A stretch of 64,000 bases of DNA from NCBI GenBank assembly GCA_965112735.1, contig OZ218951.1, positions 4,030,001 to 4,094,000 on the forward strand. The letters run 5' to 3'. Each line of letters starts with the position of its first letter. Positions within the stretch are counted from its first letter, which is position 1. Position numbers and translations under genes: made by a program. Origin of the DNA: Phaeosaccion multiseriatum. Taxonomy: Eukaryota > Protista > Ochrophyta, other classes. Positions 10,075 through 21,300 of this stretch are shown in pieces. The notes under the pieces are model-generated. The model did not search any database. It was not told the origin of the DNA and saw only the letters and a list, made by a program, of their open reading frames with translations.

Positions 10075-10347
10075 GGTATCGCTGTGTCTCCGGGGCCCTC
10101 GAGGGGCCGGTTACTCCCCCTCTAGGGCGGGGAGGGGGAGTGCAGGACCGGCTCCGCGGTTGAGCCGCCGCCCTTCTCTCCGAGAGCCACATCTGGTGGC
10201 TGCAGCTGACGAGACGGCGAAGTCTGGTCAGGACGTGGCCCTTGGTGGTGGAGGAGCCAGTGCGGCCCGTGCGAGTCACCACGTGCTCGGCGAGTGCGTG
10301 GAGGAGCGGGCCCGGGCGGGCGGGGGGGTCGGCGGACATCGTATTTC

Positions 10348-10363
10348 CTCAGATGGCGACGCA
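10348..10363 (+). promoter_or_regulatory. 16-bp motif CTCAGATGGCGACGCA upstream of ECO1 copy 2
   Basis: Identical to the reverse complement of 4816-4831. Confidence 0.5.
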
Positions 10364-10431
10364 GCTGGCGCCAACATCCTACCAACTTTGAACGGGGGAG
10401 CGTTCGAGGGAAAATAAACAGAACATTACAC

Positions 10432-13400
10432 GATGGGGCTCAAGACATACGGGGGGAAGGTTAGGAGGAGGGCGAAGGCGGTAGCTCGGCAGCAGGAAGG
10501 GGATGAGCAGCAGGAGGAGGATGAGCACCTGTTGGGGGAGGCCAAATGGCCGAGAAATCCCGCCAATGTGCGAAGCCAGGTGACGGGGTGGGGGGAGGGG
10601 GAGGAGAATGAGGACAGGGACGGCGACATCAGCAGGAAGCGGGGGGAGAGGCTGGGGGAGGCGCCCGTGGCCGCGATGCAGCTACTCCACAGAGATGAAG
10701 AGCAGCGGCGGAGGCACAAAAAGGTCATTGCAAGCGTGCCACTAGACTCGTTGCAGAGCTGCGCTCCTTCCCCGCCTCCGCGTTCCTCGTCATCAAAGAC
10801 CAAGCAGCAGCAGGAGCAGCAGCAGAGTTCTCGTCTGACTTCCTCCGCGGCAGCGCCGGGCAAGAGAAAAGGCCTACAGTTGCAGTGGGATTGGCAGAAG
10901 GCGGGCAAGCGGCAACGAGACTCTGGACCAGCAGGGGCCGTGCCGCTGAAGCCTGGATGGGGGTCCGCTGGGGGCAAGGTGAGGAGCAGTAGCAGTAGCT
11001 TAAGGGCGCCCATAGCAAGTGTGCGTGAGAGCAATGTGAAGAGGAAGAACGAGACCCCGGCATTGATGGCTGGAGCCGCCGCACTCCCCCCAGCAAGCGG
11101 AGGAGCAGGGGGGCGCGCAAAGGAGCAGACCTTTTTGGACTTTGGCCAAGCCAGCTTTGGGAGGCGGGTGCTCTGCGACAAGTGCGGATTGCTGTATGTG
11201 CCCGGGGCGGCAGGCGATGATTCCCATCACGTGGCGTTTTGCAAGACGGCGGTGAACGGGGTGGAGTTTGGGGGCTGGAAGCAGGAGCGCGTCGTCGCTG
11301 TGTTTGGGGAGCAGCAATCCCTCTGTCTCCTCAGCTCGAGCAGCAGTATCAGCAGTAGCAAGAGCAAGAGCTGGAAGAGCCGCAACAGGAGCAACGGGAG
11401 CGAGGCTACTCGAGTTTCTGAGGCGAGAGTGATTGAGATTCGAGCCGGCGACCCTGCGACTCACTTGGCCAAGTTGGCAGAGGTGAAGAAGCTGATGGAT
11501 GCAGACATGGGCTTCGCACCGGAGCCAGAAGGGACGGCCGCAGCCAAGGGGCGCAGAGCCTTCCTCTACATCGAAGGGAAGCGCGTGATCGGCTGCGTGA
11601 CTGCTGAGCCCATGCAGGAGGCCTTTGAGATGTTGTCGGGCTTCACCCATGCTTCCACCACCCCAGCAAAGGAGAAAGGAGACACCAATATGTCTACCAC
11701 CATCGTAGGACAGGAGCAAGAGGAAACGCCAGGCAACGTCGGGCAAGAGGAGAAGGAGAAAGACGCTGTTGGGGCGGAGGGGGGTCAGCAGCACAAGGGC
11801 TTGACTGCGCCCCCGTTCCCGTCCCCATCTCACTCTCGCCACGGCTCTCAGGCTCCTCCACCCCCCCTCCCTTTCGAAAGCATGCAACGCGGGCGCGAAC
11901 CGCACACTGTCGTGTTGGGAATTCACCAAATGTGGGTGCATCAGGGCCATTACAAGCGAGGCATTGCCACCCGATTGCTCGACGTGGTGAGGAGCAAGTT
12001 CGTCTTTGGGTTCAGCGTCCCCGCGAGCAAGATGGCCTTCTCTCAGCCGACTGTGGAGGGGCAAGCCATGGCGAGAAAGTACCTCAAGGGAGCGCGCTTG
12101 CTCGTGTATTGAACACGTCTCCACCAACGGCAGTCACGGCGGCCGTGTACAAACATGTATCGAATAGACTGAGTGATGCAAGACTGGGGGCGGGCTGCCT
12201 CGGTCGGTGGTTCTCCAGCAGCGTGACCGACAGAGTCGTATCCAAGTGTGTGGAGGCGGCAACACGGTCTGCGGGAGAAGTGCTCGCGGCGGCTCTGATG
12301 CCTCAAGTGGCAGGCACTCTTTCATCTCAGCACGGAAACCTGGGTTGTCGTTGTCGCACTGGGCCCTGGACGGTATCCCTGGACCCTTCTGTCCCTGTCT
12401 CTACAATGCACACACGAGCAGCGGCGAATGGCCTGCGCGCGCGGACGTGAGTTGAGTCTTCCATACAATTCAGTGTCTTCCACACAGCGGAAGTAGATAG
12501 GTAGATCGATAGTATTGAATCGTATCAGTGACATATGACTGACGCACGACGCTTTGCGGTGACTCTGATGAGACTTGAGCAGGAAGTATTCTCTGTGAAT
12601 ACATTATATATGTGATATGCGGGTCATGTTCTGGAAGTGCCTGGGCCCCACAAAGACAAAAAGTCTGCTGCTGCCCGAGCTTCAGGTTAGCATATTGCAA
12701 GCACCCCCTCCTACATATCCCAGACCGAAATATACCCAGGACCCCCCTAGTGGACGAAACGGGCAAAATCATATCCGTTCGCTGCGTAAGTGCTTTCGTG
12801 TCGGTATCGCCAGAGGGGCATATCGACCGAAAGCATACACAAGCTGCCTATTCATTCTCCCAAGGCGCCGAGTTAAATCACATCCAGGTTCTCGGGCTCA
12901 CCCTGCGGGGCCTGGAAAATGGTTGCGTAGCCCTTGATCTTGACCATAGGCACGAGGGCAACAGAGGCGACAACAATGTAGCCAAGGATCTCATACACAT
13001 CCGCCTTGGAAGAGGGCCCGAATCGGAAGATCAGCCCCCACATGACGGCGCCCGTGTTGCCTCCGGCTCCCACGATACCCGACACAGCACCTGTGTTGTC
13101 TGGTGAAATGTAGGGCACAATGCCGAAGGAGGACCCCTCTGCCGCTTGCGTGAAGAGGGAGAAGAAGACGAGCACCGCAATGGCATTTTCAAGCTTCCTC
13201 TGCTGCGAGAAGGTGATGAGCATGAGGCCCTCTCCGAGAAGGCAGAGCATCTGAGCGAGGAGCCGTCCGCGCATGCCCGTCTGTCCGCCACCGAACTTGG
13301 TGTTGAAGAAGTCGGACAGTATGCCTCCCCACGCTCGCGCAAAGATGTTCATGAGGCCAAAGAGCGACGCAATGACGCCAGCCTCGGAGGTGGTGAGACC

Positions 13401-13894
13401 AAAGTCGTCCTTGAAGTAGGAGGAGGCCGTGTTGTTGATGGTGAGCTCAATGCCGAAGCAGGCCGCGTACTGCACAAACATGATCCAGGAGTTGAGGTTC
13501 GACCACGCCACCTTGGCGGAGGCCTTGGACGACTTGCGCTGCATGCTTCCCTCGCGAATCAGGTCCTTAAAGTTTCCCTTGGGGCAGTCGTCGGCGACGG
13601 ACAGGGTGAGGAAGGCGACACAGATGCACATGGTGGCGGGCACGACAAAGGAGATTCTCCACGCCGCCTCGTCTCCCATACTAGTCTTGAACCCATTCCA
13701 CAGGGCCACCATGAACAGCTGGGTCACACCTCCTCCTAGGTTGCCCCAGCCTCCCGAAATGGCGTTGGCGGTTCCGACCACCTCCTTGGCGAACATCTGC
13801 GAGCACCACGACTGGGTGGCCACAAACACGGCACCCATAATGCCCACAAAGAAGCGCACCACGGCGAGGTCGACGGCGTTGTTCACGAGTCCGG
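10432..13894. repeat. Right arm of 3.45-kb inverted duplication
   Basis: Reverse complement of 1298-4746; carries an extra 14 bp (caaacatgtatcga) near 12150. Confidence 0.97.
10433..12112 (+). CDS. ECO1: Cohesin acetyltransferase ECO1/CTF7/ESCO, copy 2 (intronless)
   Basis: Same motifs as copy 1; ~18 aa differences, none in the PIP, zinc-finger or C-terminal GNAT motifs. Confidence 0.93.
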   Translation: MGLKTYGGKVRRRAKAVARQQEGDEQQEEDEHLLGEAKWPRNPANVRSQVTGWGEGEENEDRDGDISRKRGERLGEAPVAAMQLLHRDEEQRRRHKKVIASVPLDSLQSCAPSPPPRSSSSKTKQQQEQQQSSRLTSSAAAPGKRKGLQLQWDWQKAGKRQRDSGPAGAVPLKPGWGSAGGKVRSSSSSLRAPIASVRESNVKRKNETPALMAGAAALPPASGGAGGRAKEQTFLDFGQASFGRRVLCDKCGLLYVPGAAGDDSHHVAFCKTAVNGVEFGGWKQERVVAVFGEQQSLCLLSSSSSISSSKSKSWKSRNRSNGSEATRVSEARVIEIRAGDPATHLAKLAEVKKLMDADMGFAPEPEGTAAAKGRRAFLYIEGKRVIGCVTAEPMQEAFEMLSGFTHASTTPAKEKGDTNMSTTIVGQEQEETPGNVGQEEKEKDAVGAEGGQQHKGLTAPPFPSPSHSRHGSQAPPPPLPFESMQRGREPHTVVLGIHQMWVHQGHYKRGIATRLLDVVRSKFVFGFSVPASKMAFSQPTVEGQAMARKYLKGARLLVY

Positions 13895-14643
13895 AGAAGT
13901 AGGCGGGGACGGCAGGGCCGATGAGCAGGAAGGCGGACATGTATCGGGCACCGAAAGTGTCGCACAGAGGCCCGACGATGAAGCGGGCCGTCACGGTCGA
14001 GGCCACCGACGAGATGTTGGCGTTGTACACTTGGTCGTCACTAAGCCCCAGGTCCTCCTTCACCTCAGGCATGAGGGGTGCGAAGGAGAACCAGGTGAGG
14101 AAGGCCATGAAGAAAGAGAACCATGCCAGGTGGAAGGCTCGCATGTGCGGCCGGGCGAAGGACAAAATCTTTAGCTCCGTCGCGCGGTCTCCCTGGGCGG
14201 GGTCGACATTCAGACTGTTGGAAGGGAGAAGAAGGGGCGAGATGACAGGCGGGGGGGTGGTGGAGGAGGAGCAGAAGGAGCAGGGTGAGATTATTCACTG
14301 GTGGGCGGAGACAGAGAATTACAAACACAGAGATAGTAGGATTGTTTGGTGCCAGCTCCTCCACGCTTCTGAGGTGGGGCATCGAGTCGCTACATGGTCA
14401 AGAGTGAGCCAATAGCCACGAGGGACAAGAAGGTAGATCAGGAGCAGCCTTCCTTCGTTTCTGCCTTCCTTGTGGTCAGTGATGGCCATTCACTTATTTT
14501 TCCTTCTTTTTCTGTGGGGTCCCAAACCTCCCCCCCCCCCCCTTCCCCTCATTCCCCGTGCCCTGCGTTTACTCCTGCTCATATACTCACGCATAGGTCT
14601 CGTACTTGCGCCACGTCCCGGCGGGCTTCTCGGCATCGGCCAT
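12873..14643 (-). CDS. NRT2: High-affinity nitrate transporter NRT2 (NNP family MFS), full length 464 aa; exons 14643-14591, 14214-12873
   Basis: SFARPHMRAFHLAWFSFF, nitrate signature ANAISGGWGNLGGGVTQ, GIVGAGGNTG; exon 1 MADAEKPAGTWRKYETYA joins in phase. Confidence 0.95.
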
Positions 14644-14798
14644 CGTCTCGTTATAAAGGGCGAGCAATGGACAGGAGCGTGTGTGGAAGTGAGGGGTGTG
14701 AAAAAAGTAGATGAGTACGTGTGCGTCGCGTTGGCAAATTACAATTGGCGACCGGTTGTTTGACACTGAAGCGCACACTGGTCTTATCATCAAGCAAG

Positions 14799-15862
14799 AT
14801 GCGGCGCACCAACCGCATGCTGATTGCGTCGCACCGGGCCTTCCCCGGTACGTGTGGTACGCACCTCGTGGCCTTACATTGTCCCCTTCTCTCAGTCCTT
14901 CATCCTTCTTCTGCTCATTCCAACAGAGGCCGTGCTGGACAAGCTGGGTAGCAGCTCGACTGCCCGCCTGTTCGCGGCTCGGTACGGAGCTGTGTGGGAC
15001 TGCACTTTTGGGGGCATGGGGCTGAAGGCGTCGTCCACCTGCCAAGCGACTGCGCTGGCCAGCGAGCCAGGGCTGTTTGAGGGGACATTCAAGGTGCCCA
15101 ACGAAATGTGCACTGTCGAGCAAGGGCCAGCTACTGCAGGGACGGAAGGAGAAGCCCCCCCCACCCTGTCCTGCAGTGCTGTCACTGCTCTCTTCGACGA
15201 GTTGTCTACTGTCGCGATTTGCATGGAGGACCGGTGAGCAACCGGGCGGGGGTTTGTGAGGGAGGAAGGGGCACCAGTTCTGACTTGTGCCCACCCCTCG
15301 TCTCTCTTTGTGCGCCCAGGTATCACCGGCCCGGCGTGAGTGTGGAGATGAACTGTGAGCTCTTGCGCTCGGTGCCGGCGGACACTCGGTGGGTGGGTCG
15401 TGCGTTGAGAGATGTTTATCTTATGCTGGCGTGGAACCTTCTGCTTCGAGGGGAAGTCTAAGTCGCTGCCTCTCGTCCCTCCTGTACCCCTTCACCAGGC
15501 TCACGTTTAGCTCGAGGTGCGTGCAAAGAGGATGGGAGAGATAGAGACTGCCGAGGAAGTGATGAAGTGTGTGTGGGGGAAATATCTCCTTCTACAGGCC
15601 CTGGTCGGAGTTGCCCCTTCACTCACATTGTTTGGTTTTGTTTTGTTTTCTTCTTCGGCTGCCCCCCCAAATGTGCGAAAAAAGGTGTGTAAAGGTGGGG
15701 TCGATCCTCGGCTTTGCTTCCACTAAGCTCTTCACGGAGAGCGGCCACATGGTTGCGAGGGGAAGGCACGTCAAGTATCTTCCCACGGGTCTGGCGTGGA
15801 ACCTCACCTTCAATCCCATCTTCAAGCCCTTTGCAGTTCGCGCAATGGACGCCCAGCTGGTC

Positions 15863-15910
<48 letters not shown>

Positions 15911-16855
15911 CAGAGATAGAGGGCGAGAGATACAGAGACAGAAGTAGAGAGATGGAAAGAGAGTGGGAGAGAACACGACAGGACAGGACAGGACAGGACA
16001 GGACAGGACAGGACAGGCAGGTCAACACCAACCGACCGCCGCCCCCCTCCCCCTTCCCTTGCTTGGCTACCCTCCGCCCCAGGAGACGGGAGAAGCTGGC
16101 ACCTCTCGCGGAGAAGATTGAGGGCCTCCCACTGGTAGACCTCTTTCCCTTTCACCCAGGCGTGACAAAGCACTCCGCAGAGATGGACATTCAGCCCTAC
16201 CACATGAACTTCTTCGGCTCAATGCATGGAGGCGCCGTCATGGTGGCAGCGGAGAAGCTTGCGCGTGAGCAGGCGCCGCACCCAGGTAGGTAGTGGAGAC
16301 AGTTATGACTGACCGATTGACTGACTGACTGAGTGTGTGGGTGCGTGGGTTACGAGAGCTGGTATGAGAAACGCCTGTGTTCGGCGTCTGCCCCTCACCT
16401 CTTGTGTTGCTGTGGCCTTATTTCTCCACTACACTGCTGCGTCACGCTCGCGAAGAGATGAGAGGAGAGGAGAGGAGAGGAGAGGGGAGGGGAGACGTTA
16501 AGAGGAGAGGAGAGGGGAGGGGAGGAGAGGCCTTAAGAGGAGAGGAGAGGGGAGGGGAGGGGAGACGTTAAGGGGAGAGGAGAGGGGAGGGGAGGAGAGG
16601 CCTTAAGGGGAGAGGAGAGGGGAGGGGAGGAGAGGCCTTCAGGGGAGAGGAGAGGGGAGGGGTGCTCTCTGAGACAAATGTGTGCGTGATGTTTGCCCCT
16701 TGTCTCCTGGTTGCTTTGGCTTCATTTTCTCCACTACACTGCGTCATTCTCGCTTGCTCGCTCAGAATCTTACCATCCACCTCCTGTTGCCCCTCCTCCT
16801 CCTCGTTCTCGTGATCTCGTTTTTCCTCCTCCTCCTCCTCCTCCTCCTCCTCCTC

Positions 16856-16937
<82 letters not shown>

Positions 16938-16969
16938 CACTACTACTACTACCTCTACTACTACTACCT

Positions 16970-17002
<33 letters not shown>

Positions 17003-17078
17003 CTACTACTACTACTACTTCTACTACTACTACTACTCTACTACTACTACTACTACTACTTCTACTACTACTACTACT

Positions 17079-17124
<46 letters not shown>

Positions 17125-17126
17125 CT

Positions 17127-17159
<33 letters not shown>

Positions 17160-17183
17160 CTACTACTACTCCTACTACTACTT

Positions 17184-17238
<55 letters not shown>

Positions 17239-17467
17239 CTCTACTACTACTACTACTACCACGACTACAGGTGCCTGTGTGTCTCACATGAGCGGGCATT
17301 ACATGTTCCCGGGCATCTCCCGCTGTGAGCTTGAAGCGACGACCACGGAAGGGGCTGGCGAGAAGGGGGGTTTGGGAGGGGGGGGAGCGTCTACGGAAGT
17401 GAAATTCACCAGTTCGGGGAGACCATCAGCGTGGGTTCGATTGCAGTGGACGCCTCCACCCCGATGA
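14799..17467 (+). CDS. Hotdog-fold acyl-CoA thioesterase (PaaI/ACOT13-like, two domains), multi-exon
   Basis: ALFDELST...RPGVSVEMNCELL...KVGSILGFA...VARGRHVKYLP and HMNFFGSMHGGAV; GT-AG junctions checked are phase-consistent. Confidence 0.7.
16856..17259. repeat. (CTA)n microsatellite ~400 bp at the 3' end of a thioesterase intron
   Basis: Direct reading. Confidence 0.97.
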
Positions 17468-18028
17468 CCTGTGTCCTTCGAATGGATGTACATTGTATAC
17501 ACACGTGCCATATATGTTGTGGCGGTGTTATCGCAAAAGCTGTGGTCCTGGCGACTTGGGTAAATAGAGGGAGAGACAGAGAGAGAGAGAGAGAGGGAGA
17601 GACAGAGAGAGAGAGAGCTCCTGCGGTCCAATGGCGGCCCAGGAAGGAGGAGCGATCTTGAAGGGCACGAGGGGCCGAAAGGCTCCATGCCGAGGTTTCA
17701 ACCAAATGGCAGTGTGCTTGTTGTACAAAGTGGTCCTTCCTTGTGGTGTGGAGGAGCAGGCGGGTAAAAGGGAAAGGCGTTTTTTCACCTCCCTCTGGAG
17801 CTGCCTGCCTCGCTGAACAAGATTACCGTTGGCGAACACTCGTCGGCCTGCACTGTAGTCTTGTTAGAGGAGGTAGGTAGCTCCAGAGGGAGGCTAAAAC
17901 TCGCGCCCCGGCTCGGCTTCCTCGGCACACGAGGCAGGAAGAACCACGTGTTGAACAGAACATCCCACCATCACTTGGCCCATCGGAGGTGTGGAGGTGT
18001 AGCAATACGTTCACACACAAATATGTGC

Positions 18029-18032
<4 letters not shown>

Positions 18033-18061
<29 letters not shown>

Positions 18062-18090
18062 TGTATGTATGTATGTATGTATGTATGTAT
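18033..18090. repeat. (ATGT)n microsatellite
   Basis: Direct reading. Confidence 0.95.
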
Positions 18091-18350
18091 ATGCTTGAAA
18101 CGTGCAAACCACAAGGCAAGACGACCGATACTCATTTCCCAACATCTACGGGTTCTCGTACGTCTATTGCGTTGCTGCGAAGCTCTCCGCCCGCCGTCGC
18201 TCTCTCCCTCCCTCCCTCTCCGACGATGTTTTGTGCTCCTCCTTCCGCACGACACAAACCTAGTCATGGCAATGGCGGGAGGGGAGAGAGGCCTGAGGAG
18301 CGCGCATCTCGTCTCCCCTCCCCACCTTCCCTTGGCCTCTGCCTGGGAGC

Positions 18351-21300
18351 CTAGCGGTGCTCGGAGGTCAACCGAAGGCGCTTCCTCGGGTGCTGCCGGA
18401 TGGGCGAGCTGGTAATGCTGCACTTGCGCCCTTCGTCCGCCAGCACGGAGTCCTGCGAGCACGCCACTCCGGGAACGGCGACGCCCCAGGCAGCTTCCTC
18501 TTCCGACCCGGGGGGGCAGGTGCCCTCAATACCCTCCATGCCATCGAAAGGGCTCTGCGCGTCTCCGCCCCCGTCGCCACCCTGTGGATTGTCGAGGGAG
18601 CTTTCTCCTCCTCCTCCCCCTTCGCTCCTCTCCTGCCCCCCACCCCCGCCTCGCTCGTGGCTGTCCTCCGAGTTGTAGAGCTGCTCCAAGCCGCGAACTG
18701 CCATCTGCTGAGCGTTGGGGGGAAGTGGAGCCGCCGTGGACGGGCACAGCTTCCTCTTGTGCTGCGGTGGACGCGAGGGAGGCGGAGGGCACACGGGCGG
18801 AGAAGGAGGCGGTGGGGTCTCCCACATGTGGTGCTCAGGAGCACGAGGGGCCTGCAAGAGGGGAGCGACCGGGGGCAGAGGGAAGAAGAGTGAGCGAGGG
18901 GAGAAGGAGAAAAAAGCTAACGAGTTGAATGTTGGTGGCACTGATGGAAACCGGCCCCAGCCAGAGGCCCTGAGACTCACAGCGAGGAGACAGACAGGAG
19001 GGACCACGAGGGATTGCCGCCTAGTCTCCTGACTCACCGCCGCTGCGTGCGCCGATGGTGCTGACGTGGGGCGCATAGGTCCTCCTCCTCCTCCTCCTCC
19101 GCCGCCGCCGCCGCCGCCTGGTACATGAGTGGGAGGCACGTGCATGCACAAGAAGGGGAGTCGCAAAGACGCAGTAGAGTCTGCGATTATCAAAAGGGAC
19201 AACCGAAAATACAGACGCTTGCTTCCGTACCAGTGGCAGGCCTCTCCGACATCTCAGTCTCTTCGTCGTCGTAGTCGGCTTCTTCGTCCGAGTCTTCGTC
19301 CTCGGCGTCGCTAGCGCCTCTCCTTGTCTTGGTAGAGAGTACCCCTCCTTTTTGCGACGCCTGCATGTCCTCACTCCCCTCCTCACTGGGAGACGGCTGT
19401 TGCCGGGGCACACGTTTGCGACGAAAGGTAAGCACATGGATTGAGCTGCCTTGCGCCGGCGGGCTCACTCACCTCCAACTGGGTCGGTGGAAAGCCAGTC
19501 CCACAGCCATCGTCGTGCTGATGTCCTTCTTCGGGTGCTTGCAACCCCTCGCTACTCGTCGTCAAAAGAGGGCAGCCAAGAAAGGGGATTAGGAGGAGCG
19601 ATGTGCGAGCCGAGGGGGTGGAATCCAGAGGTGATACCTCACCTCTCGTCATCGTCGTCTCGCGTGCTCCGTTCCTTGATGCTTCTGCTCCTGCCGCGGT
19701 CCAAGGTGGACTGGACTTGCTCGTCGCTGCTGGCGTTGCCGCCGCCCGCTGACGAAGGCCGCCAAGACACCTTCTTGCCTGTAGAGGAAGCGCGATCCGG
19801 CGGCGCGGCTCCGCCTCTTCCCCCTTCTGCTGCCCCCGCCCCGCCCCCTCCTCCTCCGGCGTTTGATCCTCTTTTCACAAGCAAGTACCGAACGCCGCTC
19901 TTCCTGACGATGCCCTCACTGGCGAGCTGTCGGAAGAAGCTCTGGGCGGTCGCTCGATCAATTGGGAAGCGTTCCATTGCACAGCCCATCGTACACTTCA
20001 TCTGACCGCTCCGCACCAGCTCTCGCAGCTCTGCATACATGCTGCTGTCTCGCCCCCCCGCCTGATGCCCGTCAGACTCTCTCCCTATGCGCACGCACAC
20101 AAAGCAGAATGCACACAAGAACAGGAGATTGTATGTAATGAGAAGGAGAAAAGAACAAAGCCCAAAGCGCTACAGAAGAGGTGCATGGAGTATGCGATTG
20201 CGCGACGCTGTCTGAGCGCGGCGCGCTTTGCTTGCCTTCTCGACTCACCTCCATCGTCGTCGTGCTCGGGCTCAGGCTGCGCGTCCGAGTCGGAAGAGGC
20301 CTGTCGGTGCCTCCGCTCCCACTCCTCCCGCTGCTGGTCGGGCTCTCTGCGCTGCGTGAGGATAGGAGGTGAGGCTTCGACTTCGCTGCTTCCCTTTGTG
20401 GAGCCGCGGGTGCCGAAGTCCTCTATCGCTGCGTCGAACTCATCCTCGCCGTCGCCCACCCCTTCGTCGGAGCGGCCGCCCGGTAACTCGTCAAAGCGCT
20501 CAAGGCCCTCGAAGCGAAGAGCGACGGAGTTGTGCGGTGTCCTCATGTCTCCGATTCGGAGGCGTAGGAGGTCTCCACGGCAGTCCGAGGGGAAGGACAG
20601 CACCTGGGCAGCACCCAACGCGTAACGAAGAGCAGCGGGAGGGCCCCGGCAGGTCAAGAGAGTCAAGGGTCAAGGCGATAGAGTGTACGGACTTGCCGTA
20701 TCGTCATTGGAACCCGTGGTCTTTTTTCGTCGAGTCGAGGTGAAGGCGGCGCCCGCCCCTGGCCATTCCATAACTGACACACCTTGGAGTCGACCTCCGT
20801 GAAGCACCGGGGCTGCCAGTTCGCGGGTAGGCGCTCGTCGTAGTAGAGCAGCTTGATCGTGAGGTAGCGCTGCGACGAGAGAGCAAGAGAGAGAGAGCAA
20901 GAGGGGTCGGGCGCGGGCAGACAGTGTGTGGGCTTGACGACGAAGTAGTTGCTTGGATGCTTGACGCAGCGCGAGCAGGCCCAACCCTAGCCGAGCACAA
21001 AGCTCGTACCCAACGCACCTCTTTGGGCAAGCTGTCGAGCGTGTTGCAGAAGGTCATGAGGTTTCGGACGAATTTGACCACTGCCAAGTGCGCAGAGCAA
21101 AGTGGGGAGGAGTGACAGAGGGTGGGCGGTGACATGAACAGAGGAAGAGCTTGGAAGCGTCACGGGCGCGCGTCTCGTTCCCACAGATGTTTTAGGCTCA
21201 TACGCCGAGGACACTCACTCTGAGGCTTCATGTTGCTTCGCTGGATGGTCTGGCCGTTGGGCCCAACGAGCTGCACGCCATCGTCCGCGTTCTTGATGCT

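Noticed and set aside
9171-10347. Possible gene or ncRNA in the spacer's right end
   Set aside because: No recognisable protein motif, tRNA or rRNA pattern; the ORFs depend on the (GT)n tract.
16856-17259. (CTA)n tract as interstitial telomere
   Set aside because: Does not match TTAGGG/TTTAGGG-type repeats; ordinary intronic microsatellite ending at an acceptor.
19215-19235. GC-AG donor (gaa|gcaagc) in the HORMA gene
   Set aside because: A canonical GT donor 8 nt upstream (act g|gtacgg) gives the phase required by the next acceptor.
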